In this document: one piece after another, positions 57,886 to 64,000 of the stretch
How positions within the stretch are numbered: position 1 is the stretch's first letter
Layout of the letters: every line of letters begins with the position of its first letter
Source of the DNA: Myxococcales bacterium
GTDB lineage: Bacteria; Desulfobacterota; Binatia; HRBIN30
Assembly: GCA_037445065.1 (NCBI GenBank)
Contig: JBBILD010000014.1
Coordinates: 1-64,000, forward strand
Direction of reading: 5' to 3'
Length of the DNA stretch: 64,000 nucleotides
Made by a program: the position numbers and the translations under genes
The notes under the pieces: generated by a model
Database searches by the model: none
What the model saw: only the letters and a program-made list of their open reading frames with translations
What the model was told of the DNA's origin: nothing

Positions 57886-58872
57886 CTACTCGGGCCGGTT
57901 CGCAGTTTGCGCCAGTTCGCCGATCTCATCAGGCTGCAGCACACGGTTCAAGATGCGAATATCAGCCATCTCGGCCGCTGCTGGGACACCTGAGGGAAGT
58001 TTGGAGCCAATGTAAACTTTCGGCTCCTCCCCAAAATTAGGGGCAAATTCGTGGGCTGCTTGCGAAACAAGCTTCCCGTTCACGTACAAGCGAAGCTGGC
58101 CTTGGGACCATACGCCGGTGACTTGGTGCCACTCACCCGGCTTCCAGTCGTCCAATGGCGCGCCTGCCCCTCGTTCGATTCCTTGGTCGTCGATAAACTC
58201 GAAGCGTAGAAAATTCACGTTTTTCGTGACACGGACGCCCCGCTCTCCTAACTGAACAAAGACGGCGTCGTTTTGGTCATCTGCTTGCCAGTCCGGCTTG
58301 ACCCAAAGTGCGACCGTACCGGCCTCACCGCTAATCCTACCCACGTCGGTTAGTTCTACCTGAGTCTCAGTGAAAAACCTCCGGTCTTTACCTCCCTCGA
58401 ATACGACCTCGGGCGGTACCTCGCCCTGGGCCGAGATCTCACTGCTCACCTCCAGGGCTTGACGCTGAACATTGGGATCCGGTTTGAGCTGTGCAACTTT
58501 CTGATCCTTTGCTTCGCTTGGGGATCCAACCTCGAACTCGCTTTCTTCTCCAAGGTGTCCGCCGACACCCTCCCGCACCCTTGGCCGGAGCGCCTCACCC
58601 GTGGATCGAACCTCTGCACCCATGCCCCTCACACTTGCGGCGCTTCCTTCCGCGCTGCTCTCTCCGGGACGAGGACCACTTGGGTGCCGGTCCCTAGGTT
58701 GAGCCAAGAGCGGCCCTTTCTCCTGGTCCCGCGCTTCCCGACTTGCCCCCTTGGTGTCTGCGCCCAACTGACGCGACTCGTCTTGGGTTGTCGAACCCCC
58801 AAAGAGGCGCAAGAGGCCAATGCCGACGACAATTCCGAGAAGCCCAAGCGCAACGATGACAGCCTTCCGCAT
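57886..58872 (-). CDS. Membrane-anchored LamG-like jellyroll protein
   Basis: N-terminal TM, disordered linker, GTVALWVKPDW, GEWHQVTGVW..GQLRLYVNG and ADIRILNRVL.PDEI. Confidence 0.85.
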   Translation of the reverse strand: MRKAVIVALGLLGIVVGIGLLRLFGGSTTQDESRQLGADTKGASREARDQEKGPLLAQPRDRHPSGPRPGESSAEGSAASVRGMGAEVRSTGEALRPRVREGVGGHLGEESEFEVGSPSEAKDQKVAQLKPDPNVQRQALEVSSEISAQGEVPPEVVFEGGKDRRFFTETQVELTDVGRISGEAGTVALWVKPDWQADDQNDAVFVQLGERGVRVTKNVNFLRFEFIDDQGIERGAGAPLDDWKPGEWHQVTGVWSQGQLRLYVNGKLVSQAAHEFAPNFGEEPKVYIGSKLPSGVPAAAEMADIRILNRVLQPDEIGELAQTANRPE

Positions 58873-58969
58873 ACTTTGGGCATGCTGAACGTCCCTAGCG
58901 ACACTGTCAACACCATCGCTGTGGTGGTTGATCTATTGCGCTTGCGGCCCAGCCTTTCTTTCAGGGGCA

Positions 58970-59017
58970 GACAGCAGGACACCCACGATAAGCAGCCGGA
59001 GAATACCAGGACACCCA
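58970..59017 (+). repeat. Pair of AGGACACCCA copies
   Basis: Copies at 58976 and 59008; 58970-58986 is a perfect 17-bp inverted repeat of 59691-59707. Confidence 0.85.
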
Positions 59018-59633
59018 GTGAGAACGGGGGGAACAACAGCACACACAACGAACGGTGACCAGAAGCAGTGAACAAGGCCGAGTAAGGACTGAACCCCCAT
59101 CTTCCCATGCGAACGACGGTTGAGACCAAGGTGTGGGCGCACAAAAACACGACGAAACCAAGGGTCGGTTAGAGGTGCGCGCGGGGGACAACCGTTTGGC
59201 TGGGAGCAAGCGGTGCTGCGGTCTTCGCCCCTGACATCTCGGCTCGCCTCCTGAACAAATGTGGCGCACCTTGGGCGTGTCGAGACCAGTTGGAACAGGC
59301 GCAAACCCAGTTGCCCGGCAGGCGATGCGCGCGGCCGGACCGGTTCGGTGGCAGGTGCGCAGCGCCTTCGCCGCTGGACGATATGCCAAGCCTGAGCACG
59401 GGACCGGAGCAAAGTGGACCACTCGCACGGCAGAAACAGGAGAACTCCCGAGAGAAGACACGCAGGCCCAACCTCTGCTTGCACCGGCGAGGCCTGCCGG
59501 TCGTGTGCTTGGTTCCGCCCCAGTACTTGAGACTGGGAGCCTAGAGTAACGGGTCAGGCCCTCCGTAAGCATATCCACTGAAGCCGCTGCTCTCCGGTTC
59601 AAGGTTTCCGGTCCTCTCAGGAAAGTCGACGGG

Positions 59634-59830
59634 CAAAGTGGGTGTTCTGCTGTCAGAATCAGAGTGTGCGTCCTTCTATGCAAGCTCAAAGTGGGTGTCC
59701 TGCTGTCATGCCTGTCCGCACCTTTGTCACGTCCTTGTCGTCCTCCCTCAGGGTGCACGGGCCGGGTCGGGAGCTTTGTATCGGTTCCGTCAAAGTGGGT
59801 GTCCTTCTATCGGTTGAAGTGGGTGTCCTT
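59634..59830 (-). repeat. Right cluster of inverted copies (AAGTGGGTGTCCT), 5 copies
   Basis: Cores at 59639 (TGGGTGTTCT), 59665 (TGTGCGTCCT), 59692, 59796 and 59820; four are followed alternately by GCTGTCA or TCTAT. Confidence 0.9.
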
Positions 59831-59956
59831 GTGTGTTTTGGGCGGTGCGGGGTTGAGCACTGCAGTGCAGGAGGGGCATGGAGGCTGTCGAGCCGTTCGG
59901 CGAGTTCGAAGTTGGAGCCGCCCCCTGCCGTGCGCCCAGGCGCTCAAGGTGGCCTC

Positions 59957-60442
59957 TCAGTCGCGGAAGTTCATGAATTGTAGCGGTAGCCCAAAGTCGC
60001 GCTCGCGCAGCATTTGGATTACCGCCTGCAACTCGTCCTTTTTCTTGCCGCTGACTCGGACCTGGTCGCCTTGAATTTGCGCCTGGACTTTGAGCTTCGT
60101 GTCCTTGATGGCTTTCACGATCTCCTTGGCGCGCTCGGGGTCAATACCCTGTTGCACCCGGATCTGCTGCTTGGCGCGCCCGCCACTGGCGGGCTCAATG
60201 CGCCCGTACGACAACGCCTTGAGTGATACTCCGCGCCGTACCAGCTTGGACTGAAGGATGTCCACGACAGCTTTCACTTTATTTTCCGTATCGGAAATGA
60301 TCGTGATCGCATCCTTGTCATCGAGAATTTCGGTCTGGGTCCCTTTGAAATCAAAGCGCTGAGCCACTTCCTTCCGAGTTTGGTTCAGCGCGTTGTCTAC
60401 TTCTTGCCAGTTGACTTGGGAAACGATGTCAAACGACGGCAT
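59957..60442 (-). CDS. yajQ: YajQ-family nucleotide/c-di-GMP-binding protein
   Basis: MPSFDIVS...RFDFKG...[20 protein letters not shown]...LQFMNFRD. Confidence 0.96.
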   Translation of the reverse strand: MPSFDIVSQVNWQEVDNALNQTRKEVAQRFDFKGTQTEILDDKDAITIISDTENKVKAVVDILQSKLVRRGVSLKALSYGRIEPASGGRAKQQIRVQQGIDPERAKEIVKAIKDTKLKVQAQIQGDQVRVSGKKKDELQAVIQMLRERDFGLPLQFMNFRD

Positions 60443-60451
60443 GACTCGCTT

Positions 60452-61162
60452 TTACTCCTGTGCGCCAGGTGCGTCGAGCACATCAACGCCGGGCGGAGGG
60501 TCGAAACGAAAGGTTTCCGCGGACACGCCGACATTGCGCCGCGCGTTCGCCAACCTCAGCCGGCTGAGGTTGCCAAGGGCATCTTCGACTTCAGCACCCA
60601 CGATATCGAAGGTTTGTGCATCCACGAGGAGGCGCAGCGTTCCCACCTCTGCCGCCCCCTTGTTCTTCGGAACGAGCACCAAAACAAGTGTGTCTCCCTG
60701 CGGATTCCCGAGCTGTGCCTCAAAATCGTCTTTGATCCGCCCGACCCCGGTAAGAAACGAGATCGGCGTGCTCGACCGAAAGGCGTGAGCGAACGGCATG
60801 CGAATCACCTGCTGGTCTTCGGGCCGATAGATCCACAGCGTGGTTCCGTCTGCGACGATGACCTCTTCGGTGGAGTTGCGCATCTCCCACCGCATCTTGC
60901 CCGGCTTTTGAAACAGGACCGTGCCGCGCGCACGCACCGTCCTGCCTAGCTTTGCCATGGTGGTCTCTTGCTCCACCTCGGCTACCAAATCGCGGGTGGC
61001 GTCGTAACGCCGCTGTACCTGTTCCACCACTTCGGCGACCCGACCCGTCGGGCCTTGGGCTACGACCTGCCACACAAACGCATAAACGCTGGCAAGTGCG
61101 ATCATCCAGGTTCGGCACGGATTGGGCCGCACCTGCATCCGGAACCTCAAGACGTGGGCCAT
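60452..61162 (-). CDS. lolA: Outer membrane lipoprotein carrier
   Basis: KPGKMRWE...IVADGTTLWIY...FRFDPPPGVDV; immediately downstream of ftsK; start uncertain (61162 or 61138). Confidence 0.88.
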   Translation of the reverse strand: MAHVLRFRMQVRPNPCRTWMIALASVYAFVWQVVAQGPTGRVAEVVEQVQRRYDATRDLVAEVEQETTMAKLGRTVRARGTVLFQKPGKMRWEMRNSTEEVIVADGTTLWIYRPEDQQVIRMPFAHAFRSSTPISFLTGVGRIKDDFEAQLGNPQGDTLVLVLVPKNKGAAEVGTLRLLVDAQTFDIVGAEVEDALGNLSRLRLANARRNVGVSAETFRFDPPPGVDVLDAPGAQE

Positions 61163-61175
61163 ACTGGCAGAGCAA

Positions 61176-63428
61176 TCAATCGCTCGGCGGAGGCGGCACG
61201 AGGACTTCGCGGGGGCGGCCATTCTCACTTCGGCTCACAACCCCTTCTCGTTCCATGCGCTCGACCAAACGCGCCGCCCGGTTGTAACCGATGCGCAAGC
61301 AACGCTGCACATACGAGATAGAGGCCACCCGTTTTTCCGTAACAAGGCGCACGGCGCGATCGTAAAGTTCGTCGTCCTCACCCTCCAGCTCGAAGTCGTG
61401 TTCTAGATCCTCGTCTCTGCTGCCTTGGAGCAGAGCCAAATCGTACGTGGGAGGCCCCTGCTGTTTGATGAATTGCGTGAATCTGCCGATCTCGGCCTCG
61501 CTCACGTAGGCGCCATGAACCCGAATCGGTTTCGATAGTCCCGGGGCCCAATACAACATGTCTCCGTCGCCGAGCAGGTCCTCCGCGCCAGACTGATCCA
61601 GAATGGTCTGCGAGTCGGCTCGCGCTGCTGTTTTCAAAGCCAGGCGTGCCGGGAAGTTTGCCTTGATTCGACCCGTGATCACATCCACCGACGGCCGCTG
61701 CGTTGCCAGCACTAGGTGGATACCACACGCCCTCGCTTTTTGCGCCAGCCGTACCGTGGGCTCCTCGACCTGCCGGTTTGCAGAGAGGATCAGGTCCCCG
61801 AATTCGTCAATGACGACGACGATCTTGGGCAGCGGATAGTGGTGGGACTCAGCCCCGCCGTCCTCGGCGTCTGCCTCAGCGTTCGGCGTGGGTGCCAGCA
61901 ACTCGAGTACCGGCTGGTCCCCGTCCTCAACGATCCGCACCTGCGACAAGCCGCGACCTTCTTCCGCAAGCAGCCGGTTGTATTGCTCGATGCTTCGCAC
62001 GCCCTTCTCGCGCATCAGCTGGTAGCGGCGATCCATTTCGCGGCACAAGTTGTTCAGAACGGCGATCGCCTGCTTCACATCGGTGATCACCGGTACGAGC
62101 TGATGCGGGAGGTCCTCGTACAGCGAAAGCTCGAGCATCTTCGGGTCGATCATCACGAAGCGGACCTCCGCTGGCGTGGCGCGGCTCAAAATACTCATGA
62201 TGATCGCGTTCAAGCACACCGATTTCCCGGAGCCCGTTGTTCCCGCAATGAGCAAGTGGGGCATTTGAGCGATGTCCGCGACTACGGGCGAGCCGGCAGT
62301 ATCCTTCCCTAACGCAATCGTCAGTGTCGAACGCGACTCCTGGAACTCGTCGGCCTCCAAAATCTCGCGCAAGAAAATGCATTGTTTAGTATGGTTCGGG
62401 ACCTCGATCCCGATCGCTTCCGTGCCCGGGAGCGGGTTTACGATGCGCAGCGCGGAGCCGCGAAGTGCAAGAGAGAGATCATTGCGAAGCTCCACGATCC
62501 GCTTGACGCGGACGTGAGGTGCCGGCTGGATCTCGAACGTCGTGACCACGGGTCCTGGGTGCACTCCGATCACTTTGGCCTCTACACCGCACAAACTCAG
62601 CTTCGACTCCAAGATCTGCGCACGGCGCAGCAGCTGAGCCTCGCTCACCATTCGGGGGGCTTGGGTGGGGCGGTCGAGCAAGCTCAGGGGCGGCACCGTG
62701 TACTCACCGCCTTGGCGCAAAGGCAAGGGCACTTGTTCCCCGACGCGTGTTGCGGGACCTCGTAAGCCCGGCCGCTTGCTCGGAGGATTGGGTGGCGTTT
62801 CCTGCTGGGTGCCAGTGGGAACGGAACGCACACTCAGAGTCGTGTGCCGCGCTTGCCAATTCGAGCGCAAACTCTGCAAGGTAGTGCCCGCCGCACGCCC
62901 CGTGCGCTGGCGAGCGGCCCTCAAGAACGCGCGGACCGACGCACCTGAAATGGCAGAAAGAGCCAATAACGTCCCCGTTACACAAACGACAACCCCGCCG
63001 AGTAGACCGCACCATTCCAACAGCAGATGACCGAGAAACCCGCCGAGCCACCCGCCGCGAAGCGAAGAACCAACTGGATCGAACAACCCAAAAAACGCCG
63101 CACTCGACGTGAGAAGCAACCCACCTCCGAGTAGGCCGGCAGTGGGTATGCGCTCCAGCCCCGAACGCCAAATCGCCACCCCGGCGACTGCGAGCAGGAG
63201 CGGAAACACATATGCCGAAAAGCCGAACGCGCCAACCAGAATTTGGGCGAGCGTTTTGCCCATCAATCCTCCCACCTGGTACGCGGTCCCACTCTGATGC
63301 GCGATGAAAGTCGCCATCAAGAAGAGCGCGAACATCAGGAGGATCAAGCCGACCACCTCGTCGAGGCGCGAGTGGTTTTGGTCCTCGCGGTCAATCCGCT
63401 GCGTTAGAACAATCACCTGCTGCGCCAT
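61176..63428 (-). CDS. ftsK: DNA translocase FtsK
   Basis: N-terminal TM domain, [33 protein letters not shown] and gamma domain [16 protein letters not shown]. Confidence 0.96.
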   Translation of the reverse strand: MAQQVIVLTQRIDREDQNHSRLDEVVGLILLMFALFLMATFIAHQSGTAYQVGGLMGKTLAQILVGAFGFSAYVFPLLLAVAGVAIWRSGLERIPTAGLLGGGLLLTSSAAFFGLFDPVGSSLRGGWLGGFLGHLLLEWCGLLGGVVVCVTGTLLALSAISGASVRAFLRAARQRTGRAAGTTLQSLRSNWQARHTTLSVRSVPTGTQQETPPNPPSKRPGLRGPATRVGEQVPLPLRQGGEYTVPPLSLLDRPTQAPRMVSEAQLLRRAQILESKLSLCGVEAKVIGVHPGPVVTTFEIQPAPHVRVKRIVELRNDLSLALRGSALRIVNPLPGTEAIGIEVPNHTKQCIFLREILEADEFQESRSTLTIALGKDTAGSPVVADIAQMPHLLIAGTTGSGKSVCLNAIIMSILSRATPAEVRFVMIDPKMLELSLYEDLPHQLVPVITDVKQAIAVLNNLCREMDRRYQLMREKGVRSIEQYNRLLAEEGRGLSQVRIVEDGDQPVLELLAPTPNAEADAEDGGAESHHYPLPKIVVVIDEFGDLILSANRQVEEPTVRLAQKARACGIHLVLATQRPSVDVITGRIKANFPARLALKTAARADSQTILDQSGAEDLLGDGDMLYWAPGLSKPIRVHGAYVSEAEIGRFTQFIKQQGPPTYDLALLQGSRDEDLEHDFELEGEDDELYDRAVRLVTEKRVASISYVQRCLRIGYNRAARLVERMEREGVVSRSENGRPREVLVPPPPSD

Positions 63429-63436
63429 GGCCTCAC

Positions 63437-64000
63437 CTACATCTCCAAGACGTACGGTACGATGACCGGCCGCCGCTCCAGAGTGCGAGCAAAGAAGCGG
63501 CGGAGGGTCTTGCGAACTTCTTCTTGCACTTCGAGCGCGTCCCGCCGCGACTCTTCTGGCATTCCCTCGAGAACCTCCACCACCAGCCGCCGCGCTTGAT
63601 CCAGGTATTCCTCTGTCCCTTGCTCAGGGATGAAACCGCGTGAGATCAAATCTGGCCCGGCGACCAAAGCGCCGTTCTGTTGGTCAATGGCAAGCACGGC
63701 GAGCACGAGTCCGTCGGAGGACAAATGCCGACGGTCGCGCAGCACGACATCCACCACGTCGCCCACGCCTCGTCCATCCACGAACACGCGGCCCACTTTT
63801 ACCGGAGGGCCCAGCCGCGCCCCATCACGGTCGATCTCCAGCGTGTTGCCGTTCTCGAGCAAAAAAGCGTGCTCCTCAGGCACGCCTACTTCAACCGCCA
63901 AACGCCGGTGCGCTGCGAGATGCCGATATTCGCCGTGGATGGGGACGAAATAGCGCGGGCGAACTAGCCGTAGGAGCAATTTCAGCTCCTCTTGGCTGGC
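63437..64000 (-). CDS. rnj: Ribonuclease J, 3' part only
   Basis: [47 protein letters not shown] and RRPVIVP. Confidence 0.93.
   Translation of the reverse strand, partial: ASQEELKLLLRLVRPRYFVPIHGEYRHLAAHRRLAVEVGVPEEHAFLLENGNTLEIDRDGARLGPPVKVGRVFVDGRGVGDVVDVVLRDRRHLSSDGLVLAVLAIDQQNGALVAGPDLISRGFIPEQGTEEYLDQARRLVVEVLEGMPEESRRDALEVQEEVRKTLRRFFARTLERRPVIVPYVLEM

Overview
GC-rich bacterial chromosomal window with dense, mostly ordinary genes. The gene mix (many acyl-CoA dehydrogenases and SDRs, Thr/Pro-linker secreted proteins, a Myxococcus-type Cys-rich repeat) suggests a deltaproteobacteria-related lineage such as Binatota or Myxococcota; this is inference only. Bases 1-52100 encode a DEDDh exonuclease/GIY-YIG fusion missed by the ORF track, prfB with its programmed +1 frameshift, glpX, thiD, tRNA-Leu(CAA), lnt, comEA, a GH31 hydrolase, an RND efflux operon, a radical SAM/SPASM enzyme, an N-terminally short aceE and a hybrid histidine kinase. 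Bases 59957-64000 encode yajQ, lolA, ftsK and the 3' part of rnj. The unusual part is the gene-poor island at about 52.2-59.9 kb. It holds a RAYT-type HUH/Y1 transposase interrupted by one in-frame TGA. It also holds about 16 copies of a short motif (core AGGACACCCA) in tandem clusters of alternating orientation that bracket small segments, and a roughly 150-nt four-hairpin element ending in a T8 tract, divergent from the transposase. My best candidate for an undescribed system is this combination of HUH transposase, motif arrays and possible small RNA. All calls were made by eye with no database searches.
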